Positions 24,001 to 35,584 are shown, counted from the first letter of the stretch. The stretch: 44,979 nucleotides of DNA from Octopus bimaculoides (GCF_001194135.2 NC_068990.1:87268503-87313481); one strand, 5' to 3'. Notes: a model not told the origin generated them from the sequence alone. Translations and numbers: made by a program.

Positions 24001-25164
24001 CCCGATACATACTTGGTTCAGATATAAATATATATGAAGCGTTTACTGTCTCTAGTCTAAGACGAAAAGAGCAAGTTCTCCTAGTCAGCTCAAATCCCAT
24101 CTCCATTGAACTTGGGGAACTGTGTTACACTTAGCTTGGCATTAAGTGACCATAAAATTATCTGTGATCTAATGTTGTATATGGTGAGATAGTATTGTGT
24201 GTATGTATGTATATATATATATATATACACACACACACAAACAGCATAGACTTGACAGAATGTAATAGCAAGATCTCTATGGTGGTAATCAGTAATGCAA
24301 TTTTCCTAGTTATACAACAAATGTGAGATTCAACACTTGTGGTAACTCTTTCTGTCCTAGATTAATGCTTGTCTATAAAACATGCACACTCATATGAGCA
24401 GTAACTATTTAGTCAAAATCTGCAGCATTTTTTCCCCTTGTGTATGGCAGTGGATGCTTGTAATCTTCAGTGGGTTGAGGTTAGTTCGTCTCCATTTGGT
24501 TACCTAAGTGAGACTATATATTATAGACTTAAATAATTGCACACCTTCATATACAGCCACAAACACATGCTTTTATAGTTTGTCTGAAACTTTTTTTTTC
24601 TTTCAGTTGTAGGATGTTTCTTTTGGAACAGCTGAGGTTGGCATAGCTATATGTGTGTGTGTGTGTGTATATGTATGTATATACCATAGAATAGTTTTTC
24701 TAGAGTCATTGATATATGCTGTGTAATGTGGTCCACATAGTTGTTTCTTTATTTTTAACACCTGTTCACTTCTCTTGAGTGCTTATTGTTGAAGTGCGTA
24801 AGGCTGGCTAGGTCAGCTACTACTTGTTTTTTTCTTTTATTTATACCTGTTAAGGTAGAGTTCACAACTGAATTTGAATTGACAAACTCTTTATAGCAGT
24901 AGCAGCAATGATTGACGCAAGCCTGTTATATTTTATATGAGGCATAAAGTCAATTGAATCAACCCCTGTTCATGACTACTGCTAATTATATCTTATCTGT
25001 TCTGAATAGATAAAACATAGTTGTGTATGTGTGTGTATTCTTGAATGTCTTGCTCTAAATTTCATCATAGAACAAAGAAATAAACAAGAGTAAGAGATAC
25101 AGTCAGACCCTTCTTTCCGACTGTGTTAAATCTTGCTTTCAACACTTTAACTTCTAACCCTTTT

Positions 25165-25300
25165 TGTAATCAGCGTACCCAAATCTACCCTTGGTTTGGT
25201 GATACAACTTGTTGTTTTAAAGTGATTTAAATTAAAATCTTTCCATGCTAATTTATGTTCCAAACACCAGCTTAATAATGACTACTTTAACTAAATTCCA
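25165..25300 (-). mobile_element. Fragment related to the 8.6 kb TTAA MITE
   Basis: ATTAAAATCTTTCC...ATGTTCCAAACACCAG...ACTAAATTC is similar to the reverse complement of 8675-8770. Confidence 0.4.
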
Positions 25301-25854
25301 CAAAAGCAACAGAACCGAATGGTTAATGGAAGGGTCAAAACTCCACAACTGTTATAAGCTAAAAAATTTAATCAGATTCTCTTGAGTCTTCTAAAGGTTG
25401 TCTAGATACACTGATTTCTTTCCGAATCAACCATCTGTAAAACGTTATATAACCAGTGCCGAGTAGCTACTATTGTTGAGTGTTGGTAAACAAAAACATA
25501 CATGAAAAAAAGAAAAAGAAACTTTGCCTCTTTCTGAATTTGTGAGTAAGTGACATTTGACTTGTAGGCTGGAATTCCAAATGAGATCATTCATTGTTTT
25601 GTTATGCATGTTTCGTGCTCAGTCTAATCTAATCTATGATTTAAAGTGAGGAAAGTGACATCACCCACAACCTTTTGTTGACCTTCCCAGTCTGATGAAG
25701 ATCAATGAGAGGTATAGACAAAATCATTCCAGGAGTTTCAGAGGTGAAGTGGGTGGTGTCGGAGTGGTACACTGCTTCTTAGTTCAGGGAACAAAAGCTG
25801 GTATAGTAACAACAGAAGTGTGGGTGTTATATAGACAGTATAGTCCTGGAAAAA

Positions 25855-26245
25855 TAGGGTTATGCTCTTCTTTGCTGTCATGTCTCACATATGGACCTTT
25901 TTTGGACTGAATAGTGACTGGTTACGAGAAATGGGTTCTCTGTAAAAATGTCCAGCACCAAAGACAATGGGTAGGGAAAGGAGAAACACCGTCACCACCA
26001 GGCTAAAGACGGTCTTCACCCATGTAAGGTGTTATGTTTGGTGCGATATGAAAGGTTTAGTTGAATTTGAACTTTTAAACGCAAACCAAATGATAACAGA
26101 GGAGATTTACGTTGAGCAGCTTAAGTCAGCGCTAGAAGGAAAATGACCATCTTTGGCTTCAAGACGAAAGGTGTTCTTCCACCAGGTTAATACTCAGCTG
26201 CATACATCAAGGATGACATTCCAAAGGCTGGAGCAGTTTGAATGT
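25855..26245 (+). pseudogene. Second, divergent mariner transposase fragment (catalytic domain)
   Basis: Translates, with frameshifts and stops, as SSLLSCLTYGPFLD*IVTGYEKWVLCKNVQHQRQW...GLHPCKV...DMKGLVEFELLNANQMITEEIYVEQL...K*PSLASRRKVFFHQVNTQLHTSRMTFQRLEQFE. It ends in a (GT)n run at about 26243-26267. Confidence 0.85.
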
Positions 26246-26346
26246 GTGTGTGTGTGTGTGTGTGTGTTTAATGTTATTTAGCAAAATTTGGTGTTTATTT
26301 CCAGATTGTCCAAGTTAGTATTCTGTTCTAGGTTGCCATATATATA

Positions 26347-26397
26347 TCCAACCCATGCCAGCATGGAAGGTGGATGTTAAACAATGATGATGATGAT
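26347..26397 (+). mobile_element. RTE-like 3' tail remnant
   Basis: TCCAACCCATGCCAGCATGGAAGGTGGATGTTAAACAATGATGATGATGAT, ending in (GAT)n like the other copies. Confidence 0.7.
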
Positions 26398-28163
26398 ATG
26401 GTGACATTTTTAACCTAAAAATACTCTACCATTCTTATACTGCAGATATAAAATGTGGACCTTAACTTCTGTAATTCAGTGTTATCTTGGGTGATGGTTG
26501 ACAGTAGGCTAACCCCTGCTTTCATAACAGTTAACATAAATATTTTGTACACAAACAACTTAATTCATACCTTATATAATAAAGTGAAGTGTGTAATAAA
26601 AGTATAATGTTGTATAATATGGTGTGATTGTGTGACAATAAAATGACTATTTGTGTCAAGTGAAATCCATACTCATCATGATGTTGCCTTCACAGTGAAT
26701 GTTAAGTGAATGGGCTGTAAACAAAACAACCACTAGCAATGGATGTATTCCATTCACACTACTTGACAAGAGTACTCTACCATTTCATTGCATTCAGGAT
26801 GAATATTTAGTCAGTTGTATAGACTAATGATGGTAGTTTAGCCTACCAGCCAGTCATTGTTAGTTTGATTAACCTGGCATCCATGAATGAGTTTGGATTG
26901 CATATTTTGGGCTACAAAATCTAATGCATCAATGTGTCTTTTCTTTTCCCTCTAATTTGATGTTGTATGAGGGAGATTTAGTACCTGCTTTTAGCAGGCT
27001 CGGTGACTATAGAGGTTCCCACTACCGGTATGGTTTATTATGCTCACTTGTCATAACACGTTTCTGTCTAGTAGAAAATAACTTGCGGACATGGTTTGTT
27101 AAGGTCATTTACAGAACAGATTTCTCTCCTGCTGTAGCTGCTTATACCAGGTTAATTACACACTTGTGTTGTTAACCCTCTCGAGTTCATTTAGAAGTAT
27201 GTGTGACGACTGTCAATAATCACTTTGGAATCTGAAATGTTTGACTGGTTAAATTTGTATGGCTTCAGAATGAATGACATATTCTTTGATGGTGAGATGC
27301 TGTTAGTTAAACAAGCCCGAGTTAGAATATTCAAATGCAAGTTCATATTTTGGCATGGCACTGACTTAGTCCCTGTTCACAAATTTTGTTGTTCAGCTAT
27401 TTTGTATATTAGGGACTACACAAAGTGGTTTGTCCTTTCCTTTTTGAAGTGGTAGCATGTGATTTGGCAGCTCTTTCTTGCAGATTGGATGACCATATAC
27501 TCTCTCATCAGGTTGTCTTATCTATTAGTAGGTCAAGTGGGGATCCTAAATAGGTTAGATCACTATTATTAGTGATGGGGGACACTATAACAGAGTTTAG
27601 TAAGTTTGCAGAACAGTTAAATTCCTTCAGTATATGTGGAGTAAACAAAACACTACAGTGTATTCCTTCAGAAATCAGTTGTCACCATTGTCTCCACCAT
27701 AACATCCTGAAATCTGTTGGTCAGCTGCACTGAAATCTTTCTATCTTACCTAAAATGGTAAAAAGCAGCTGTTGCTTAAGTCCCCTGATAAGCTGTGATC
27801 AAAAGTGTTTGTCATGACCATCATGTTACTTAAAAAAATTTTTTTTATTGTATCAATGACAACATTGCCTATTATGTGCCCTTCTATTCAGACAGTAAAG
27901 TATTGAGTGAGATTTGGCTGCTGTTTCTAGGAGGTCAAGCAACTGCATAAGGAACAAGAGCCGCTTATTACTATAATCTTACTCTTTTTTCTAATAAGCA
28001 GTAACTGTATGAAGCTTGGAAAGTTGTGCATGCTTCATTTATGATTTTCAGAACAATATCTTGATCATTTTTTAAGTTTCACATCCAATAATCTTTTGAA
28101 ATATGTTATGGAGGTTTTGCAATGTTTTTAATTGTTTTTCTTTTTCTTTTTGATATTTTTTAG

Positions 28164-28196
28164 ATTGCTTGTTACAACTGAGGATTCTTTGAAAAG
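28164..28196 (+). other. RAB5: 5' UTR part of the Rab5 ATG-containing exon
   Basis: T-rich tract ending TAG at 28161-28163, 33 nt upstream of the ATG at 28197. Confidence 0.75.
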
Positions 28197-28359
28197 ATGG
28201 CCAACAGAGGAGCAGCCCAACGCCCAAATGGTGCCACACAAGGCAAAATATGTCAGTTTAAATTAGTTCTCCTTGGAGAGTCAGCTGTGGGCAAGTCAAG
28301 TTTGGTTTTGCGCTTTGTAAAAGGGCAGTTTCATGAGTATCAAGAGAGTACGATAGGAG
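28197..28359 (+). CDS. RAB5: Rab5 GTPase, coding exon 1 (163 nt)
   Basis: [54 protein letters not shown]: P-loop GESAVGKS and Rab5 switch I; donor G|GTAAGT at 28360. Confidence 0.97.
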
Positions 28360-28637
28360 GTAAGTCCTTGATTTCTATTTGTTTTATACATACTACAGTA
28401 GCACTGTAGTCCTGTTTTATATCTGCTGCAACTATAATGTAGTCATGAGTGAAGGCACATAGTCCAATAGTTAGTGTTGAGCTCACAATCTTAAGGTCTT
28501 AGGTTTGATTCTTGGAACAGTTGGCATTGTGTATCTTTCACCAAAGGCAGTTCATTTTACTCATCTGAAATGAGTACCTTCCAAGTGCTGGTGCAGCGCT
28601 CTCCCACTTCAGTGTCTGTCTGCTTGTGACTACATAA

Positions 28638-28778
28638 ATCATCATCATCATCGTTTAACATCCGCTTTCCATGGGTTGGACGACTTGACTGAGGACTGGT
28701 GAAACCGGATGGCAACACCAGGCTCCAATCTAAATTTGGCAGAGTTTCTACAGCTGGATGCCCTTCCTAACGCCAAAC
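28638..28778 (-). mobile_element. RTE-like 3' tail repeat
   Basis: (ATC)n + GTTTAACATCCGCTTTCCATGGGTTGGA...TTTCTACAGCTGGATGCCCTTCCTAACGCCA, the reverse complement of the 41 kb copy. Confidence 0.8.
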
Positions 28779-28910
28779 AATTAGTGAAGGCACAGTGCTT
28801 GCAACCAAGTTATATTGGCTTTTCTCTGACTAGTTATGCTACTGTAGTGATGTATTATATATGCTGCAGTAGTTCATGTAATCATGATAGTACTGTGATA
28901 TTATGTTTTT

Positions 28911-29010
28911 ATATATATATANNNNNNNNNNNNNNNNNNNNNNNNNNNNNNNNNNNNNNNNNNNNNNNNNNNNNNNNNNNNNNNNNNNNNNNNNNNNNNN
29001 NNNNNNNNNN

Positions 29011-29057
<47 letters not shown>
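28911..29057. repeat. (TA)n / assembly gap (N 28922-29010) / (AC)n
   Basis: Direct reading; the gap is bounded by microsatellites. Confidence 0.95.
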
Positions 29058-29070
<13 letters not shown>

Positions 29071-29950
29071 TATAGCTTCAGGCCCACCAAAGCTTTGTGA
29101 GTGGATTTCGTATATGGAAACTGAAAGAAGACTGTCGTGTGTGTGTGTGTGTGTGTGTTTGTACCCCCATCATTGCTTGAAATCCTCCGAAAGGACACTC
29201 CAACCTCTGGCCCACAGATATGCTATTGCCTTTTTTACCACTATTGGCTGGTCTCCTGCTAACCCCACTTAGGCACTCCCAAATCACTCATCTCTCTTCT
29301 TATCTTTCATATTGTTTGTGTTTGTGTTTCTTAGTCCTTATTTTAACAATAATAAGGCCCCCGTCTTTCTTTCCCAAAACATGCTCCCTCTAGAAAGCCA
29401 CACACACATGACCGGATTCTTTTGGTTTTCGTTCGCTAAATCCAGTCACAGGTTTTCAGTCTAAGGCTACAGTAGAAGCCACTTGCTCAAGGTGCTACAT
29501 TGTGAGACTGAACTGAAAACCATGTAGGCGGGAAGCAAACTTCTTAACCGCACAACCATGCCTGCACCTTCGTGTGCGTGTGATTGTGAAATTTGTTCTT
29601 CAACCAGTCTCAGGCTCAGCCCCACTGTGTGGGACTTCATGCAAGTGTCTTCCAAAATCTTGGGCTAACCAAAATCTTGTAAGTGGATTTGATATGTAGA
29701 AACTGAAAAAAAGCCCATTGTGTGTTTGCATTTCCTTGTTTTGATATTATCTGTTTGTTGTAAATGGGTGTAACTGTCATACAAGCAAAGGGATTCATTT
29801 CCAATATTTTGCAAAAACTTGTGGTTAAGGAGAAATATCATGTTGCTTGGAAACAGGTGAGGATTGGTGATAGGAAGGGTATCCAGCCATAAAAAAATAT
29901 GCCTCAGTTAACTCAATGCACTGGAAAATGTATGTTAAAATGATGATGAA
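29071..29950. mobile_element. Cluster of SINE fragments in alternating orientation: + body 29071-29188, - head 29432-29569, + element about 29600-29950 with RTE-like tail
   Basis: Matches to family B motifs (AAAGCTTTGTGAGTGGATTT; AGACTGAACTGAAAACCATG) and to the tail AGGAAGGGTATCCAGCC...GTTAAAATGATGATGA. Confidence 0.7.
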
Positions 29951-30039
29951 TGGCGATGAGGCGAGATGACAAAGGACTGAGATACTTGGTGCCTGGCTGT
30001 ACACAAGAAGACCCTTACCCCACAGCAGAAGTGTTAAGA

Positions 30040-30345
30040 CTGATTCTTCTGGTGGTGTAAAACACTCGTGGTGGCACCACTTACAAGCACCCATGTGGTA
30101 CTGTGTAAAATCACCCATGCAGCACTTTGTGAAAGTGCTTGTGCAATGCTGCATAGAAGCACCTACATGGTACCATGTAAAAGCAGCCAGCACACTCTGT
30201 AAAGTGGTTGGCATTAGGAAGAGCATCCAGCTGTAGAAACCTTGCCAGATAAGACTAGAGTCTGGTGCAGACCCTGCAGCTTGCCAATTCTGGTCACACT
30301 GTCCAACCCATGCCAGCATGGACAGCGGATGTTAAATGGTGATGA
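30040..30345 (+). mobile_element. RTE-like 3' end with internal short tandem units
   Basis: Repeated GGCACC/GTAAAAGCACC-type units, then GTGGTTGGCATTAGGAAGAGCATCCAGC and CCAACCCATGCCAGCATGG...GTTAAATGGTGATGATGA. Confidence 0.75.
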
Positions 30346-31139
30346 TGAATATTATATGAGAGAGAGAGAGGGAGGGTGTGTGTTAATAAATGACAAATGA
30401 ACTGGGGTTACATAATCCCACTCCTTGGGCAACAGTTGTTTCTGCTATAGGGAGCTGTGCCCCCATTGGTGATTGACAGTGTGCCATCTTATAGCTTCAT
30501 CAGAACCTTAAGAGTTTAGATGTTAGGGCATCAGTGAATTCTCACCGCTAGACTCTTAGCTCTGGCATATTGAGCTATAAAAACTGGTTATTGGTTCAGC
30601 AATGACTAAACAGAATTATAAAATATATTCATATATCTGTTTTGTATCTAGCTGTAAGATTTTGAGGATTGTTGCTTTTAAGTGTTTGGCTGTGCTCTCT
30701 ATGTCCACGTCAGAAATCTACTTAAACAGGACTGGCTGAGGCTGTGCTACTTAACAATGACCTGTTGAACTATTTATTTCACACATCAGTGAAACTATGT
30801 GGGCAGACATAAAATATTCCATTATTCATTATCAGCAGTAACCATCCATGTTAGTTTTATTGGGAAGAGAAATAGGAAATAGGTGCTGTGACTGTCACGT
30901 TTTGAAGCTGTTTACATTATCAAAGTATGTGAAAATAATCAAAAATTAGATCTGATGTGAGCTTACCCATTCTATTGTATAGTGTTCACTAGTCCTTAGT
31001 GGTATTCTTTAAAATTACAGATAAGGGATAACCAGTATTATTGGGTGATGGCCATGCCTTTCCGGAGAGCATTAATGATACATTTCGTTTTTGGATTTGG
31101 TTTGCAAGATTCTTTATGTGAGTTCGTGTGTTGAAGCAT

Positions 31140-31299
31140 ATTCTGTTGTGTCTGGGGAGAGTCATTTTCTTTTTTTGTCTTATAAATTAACACACTCACC
31201 AGTAAAATTTTAAAGACACTCACCGGTAAAATTTTACTGGTGAGTGTGTTAAATTATAAGGCACAAGAAGAAAATGACTCTCCCCAGACACAACAGAAT
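31140..31299. repeat. Long inverted repeat (fold-back): 72-bp arms, 16-nt spacer
   Basis: 31140-31211 versus 31228-31299, 68 of 72 positions complementary. Confidence 0.95.
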
Positions 31300-32889
31300 T
31301 AGTGATACAGATAATGTGAGATTATCCACAACTCTGAATTGAAACTTAACCTACCTGCCTCCTCCTTTGAAAAATGAATGTCTCCCCTAAGGAATTCTGG
31401 GGACAAATACTGAACTCCTGTTCCATCCATGAAGTGGATATATACCTCCATCTGGGTAGGAAACTAGTCTGTTATAGCAAGCTCACATTTCCAGATGATT
31501 TTTTTCTCTTAGCAAGGAAGCACTGATAATTATAGTTGTATAATTAATTGACTAATAACTCATAGGAACACACTGATAATCAAACATAACATATTCTTTT
31601 ACTCTTCCTCCTGCCCTTGCACTTCTTCCTCTCACCTCTCTCTCTCTCCCTCACGTTTTCCTCTTGCCTCTCACTTGCACCTCTTCCTCCCATCTTCCTC
31701 TCTTGGATCTCCTCTTCCCACCTCTAATCTTTTTGCTACTCTCAGTTAAGTTGGTGTTTATGCAAAGCTGTTGGTGACACCTGGCTGAGTTACACACCTC
31801 ATCAGCTTGGTAACTTGTAGCAGAAAGCCTGACAAGCTCACCCTCTTCCCTCACTGAATTAGATCATCATCAAACCATTGTTATTTTCTCAACTAGGCAA
31901 CTGGTATTAACCAGTAATTAACCGTCTGATAGCCTCCATGTTGCTACTGCCTCCTCTAGTATGTTGCTTCCACATCCATACTGTTAATTTTAAAGAGCTT
32001 TTAAATAATCCTCTTTCATTTGTTGGGTTATAGAGGTGGTTGACTGATACCCTAGCTCAGTGCTTCTCAAACTGACTAAGAGCATCCCCTTCCTCTTCGA
32101 AAAGAAAAGAAGAAAATGAAACTTGTCCCATCTCTCCTCTTATCAATGAAAAGACAATACAAAATAATTTGCACCCATGTAATTTTTCTTTCTTTAACAT
32201 GGAGTTGGTTAAAATTAAAAAGTTTTAAATCATTATAGATTTATTAAACACAGCATCCCTCTTACTAACTGTGCTATGTGTTAGTATTATAGCTGGGTGA
32301 CCAACCCACTGGTTGTGGTGGCTCCTATTAAGACTGCTTGACGAAAAGCTCAACATTCATTCATCATCAGGTGAGGTGATCCAGACCTGTTTGATGGAAA
32401 GTGTTTCAGCATTACCATTCTGGTAATTTTTTTTTTTTTTTTCTAACAGCATAACCTGGTAGTGCCGTTGTGCAGTAATGTGTGATTTGTGAAAGATTTA
32501 GCTGCTTTTTCTAGCAGATAACCATATGTATATAGTTGGTGTGAATCAGTGTCATGACTGGTTAACTTCACTTTCCGATTGTATATGTTGTTGTTAGGCC
32601 ACAGGTTTATTCCACTCCAGCTGTGAACATATTGTCTTTTATTTGGGCTTAGTACATCCTTTAACCCTCTCATTACCATATTATTGATTGATATATGCTG
32701 CTTACATTTCAAATCATTTTGAAAATGAGTTTATTAAAAACAAGAGCACAAACCTCTGCCAAAGCAACACCAACATCCTTTCAACGATTAACCAGAGATT
32801 ATTTCAGATATTCTCATTTTAAAAATCAACTCGACTGCTCTCACAAACGAGAATACTAAAAATGAACCTGACCACTCTCAAAAATTAAA

Positions 32890-33090
32890 AGAAAAAACTG
32901 GAAAAATAATCCAGAATCCTTGTCTGGTACCGGATCGATCCCAAAATCTAATCAGTTCGTGCCTGTCACGATGCCAAACATCCCTGAAAGTTTCATTTGA
33001 ATCCATCCAGCAGTTCTTGAGATACCTTGTCCACAGGCAAACAAACACGACACTGAAAACTACCTCCGTTTTAGCTAAGGCAGAGGTAAA
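32890..33090 (+). mobile_element. Probable non-autonomous Helentron/DINE-1-like element, 3' part
   Basis: GGATCGATCCCAAAATCTAATCAG, a CAAACAAAC tract, and a terminal hairpin TACCTC...TTAGCTAA...GAGGTA (33061-33088). The family assignment is from recalled architecture. Confidence 0.45.
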
Positions 33091-33209
33091 ATTTTGATGG
33101 AATGTTTTAATTCAGATCAAAACACACATTTTTACATCTGAATCAAGGGCAGTTTCAGGTGGACTAGTATCAAAAGGTTTGAAATGGTATGATTTGAGAG
33201 AGATTTGGC

Positions 33210-33259
33210 TATTATTTTTTGGAAGTCTAGTGCCTATTATTTTTTGGAAGTCTAGTGCC
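33210..33259. repeat. Perfect 25-bp tandem duplication
   Basis: TATTATTTTTTGGAAGTCTAGTGCC twice. Confidence 0.9.
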
Positions 33260-33622
33260 TATGTACAGGCTCTCTCAGCAGTTCATGGCTAGTAGTAGTG
33301 ATGGTCGATATTAAATATATCCGCTGGTCGACCTCTCTTACTGTGTGTAGTAAGCGCGTAGTGGTTAGTTTCATAATCGTGTGACTTTCTCATTAGATAC
33401 TAGTGTAGTTAATGTCTGTAATGGTGAAGAAATACCATGTAGCTGTCTGTCTCTTTCTCTCTTTACGTGACTAATGTGTTTACACATGGCTAGTTGTATG
33501 TTGCTCCCAGCAGAGTTGGGGATCCATCAGAAGTAAAAATTTTTGTTGGTCAGTCAATTTACTGTACCAGGGTCACATAGACACATCCCAATTATAAAGA
33601 TGTTAAATTCACTAAAAATATT

Positions 33623-33836
33623 CTTTTCTACTCCAGGCACAAGGCTCAAAATTTTTGGGGAGTGGGGGCTAGTCGATTAGATCAACCCCAGTACACAACT
33701 GGTGCTTAATTTATCGACCCCGAAAGGATGAAAAGCAAAGTCAACCTTGGTGGAGTTTGAACTCAGAATGTTAAGACAGATAAAATACTGCTAAGCAGTT
33801 CACCCAGTGTGCTAACATTTCTGCCAGCTCACCACC
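33623..33836 (-). mobile_element. tRNA-headed SINE (family A) with perfect 20-bp TSD
   Basis: TSD TTAAATTCACTAAAAATATT at 33603-33622 and 33837-33856; homologous to 2019-2260. Confidence 0.88.
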
Positions 33837-34689
33837 TTAAATTCACTAAAAATATTGTATACACAGACATTGATTGCTAAAATCTTGTTTCTGTGGTTTG
33901 TTGCCTATAACGTTGCATATAGAAATAAAACTAGTTAAAAACTCACATGTATTCTGATCACTGTAATGTTTCTCTCATTTCAGTGTTCTTTACTTGCTAT
34001 TATTTATCGTAGGCATAAAACAGTGGGTCATGCACTGGTTAATAATTACTTTTGACATTCACAAAAGGCTACACATTCAATGGAAATATAGTTAATTAAA
34101 TCAATCCTAGTACTTGACTGGTGTTCATTTCAGCAAAGTTAATCCTGGCAGTGTTTGAATTTAAAATGTAATGATATATAATTAAGTACTGCTAGGTATT
34201 TTCTTTGCCTTCCTATGAATTCTGCCATCCATAGATTTAATGTCATTTTTCTTTCCCATAATATGAATTGTGCTGGGTTGCACTACAATATTTTGATTGT
34301 ATACTATCTCCTCCACTGCTAATAAATTCAACTCTTGACTTTTTTTCCTGTGTCATCTTTGTCCTTTGAGTTCCATATCTCATTCATTCATAGCTTTTTT
34401 CTTTACCTGATATCTCAGTTACATTAACACATCTACACATCAACCCCCCTTTAATCATCAATTACACTTTCACTCATTTGAGTGTGAGAGAAAAGTAACG
34501 AGTAATGATCCACTCTTATGCTCATCTTCTTGTACCTTGAGAGTTTGCTCTGGTACCCCGTCACTACCGTCTTTATTTTCTCCCCAGCTACCTTTGTTTG
34601 TCCCTCTATTTTATACCCGGCATAAATCCACCTCTCCCTCTCAAAATATCCACCGTCCACTTTAAGGGGGCTTTTTTTTAATATTCTTT

Positions 34690-34780
34690 TTCTGTCTTGC
34701 GAGTTACTTGCTGAGCTTGCTAGTGCCTGTGCCATGTTAAAAGTACCCATCACTCACTGTAAAGTGGTTGGCATTTGGAA
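34690..34780 (+). mobile_element. RTE-like tail fragment
   Basis: GCGAGTTACTTG...GTAAAGTGGTTGGCATTTGGAAG, shared with the 20.3 kb and 30.2 kb copies. Confidence 0.55.
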
Positions 34781-34984
34781 GACAGTAATATTATTTAAGG
34801 TTGGTTTAGGCAACTATTTCAAGAAGGTCAAACAAGGACATAAAAGATCTCTCCTCCCCCTATCACAATGTCTTTTACTCTTCTGCTGTTTTCTCCTTTC
34901 ATTGATGCAGTAAATGTCTTGAAACATATGAATTGTGCTCAATATACATGCTTTAATCACTTGCATAGGTATACTTGTTTACTT

Positions 34985-35510
34985 AGCTGCACTTGTTCAC
35001 TAGCATGTGTGTACTTGTTCAGTAGCATTTGTGCTTGTTCACTGGCATGTGCATGTTTGTTCACTGGCATGTGCATGTTTGTTCACTGGCATGTGCGCAG
35101 TTGTCCATTGGCATGTGTGCAGTTGTCCATTGGCATGTGTGCAGTTGTCNNNNNNNNNNTGTTCACTGGCATGTGTGCAGTTGTCCATTGGCATGTGTGC
35201 AGTTGTCCATTGGCATGTGTGCAGTTGTCCATTGGCATGTGTGCAGTTGTCCATTGGCATGTGTGCAGTTGTCCAGGCATGTGCACAGTTGTCCAGACAT
35301 GCAAGCACTTGTTCACTGACATGCGAGCGCTTGTTCACCGGCATGCGAGCGCTTGTTCACTGACATGCGGGCATTTGTTCACCAGCATGCGGGTACTTGT
35401 TCACTGACATGTGCGCTTTTGTTCACTGACATGCAAGCACTTGTTCACTGACATGCAAGCACTTGTTCACTGACATGCAAGCACTTGTTCACTGGTATGT
35501 GTGTACTTGT
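34985..35510. repeat. 22-bp minisatellite, about 23 units, with a small N gap at 35150-35159
   Basis: Period 22 throughout; variants GGCATGTGCATGTTTGTTCACT, GGCATGTGTGCAGTTGTCCATT and GACATGCAAGCACTTGTTCACT. Confidence 0.93.
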
Positions 35511-35582
35511 TTATATTCATGTATGCACACATTTGCATCCATGATTGAAATTTTGTCGATATGCTCAATCATATTATTGCTT

Positions 35583-35584
<2 letters not shown>

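Noticed and set aside
28360-28409. ORF-track extension of Rab5 exon 1 ([16 protein letters not shown])
   Set aside because: Read-through into the intron; Rab5 homology stops at the GT donor at 28360 and resumes in frame at 37307.
30117-30154. Small hairpins AGCACTTT/AAAGTGCT and ATGCAGCA/TGCTGCAT containing a miR-17-like seed
   Set aside because: Too short for a pre-miRNA and embedded in a retroposon tail.
30636-30659. TATCTAGCTGTA resembling the 3' half of miR-9
   Set aside because: The seed region mismatches and there is no complementary star arm.
34451-34753. 100-aa minus-strand ORF
   Set aside because: Overlaps repeat-derived sequence; no motif or splice support.
34985-35510. Array that might suggest CRISPR repeats or tandem p53 sites, plus Cys/His-rich ORFs
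   Set aside because: Units are contiguous with no unique spacers in a eukaryotic intron; CATG cores lack the RRR/YYY flanks of p53 half-sites; the ORFs are translations of the 22-bp period.
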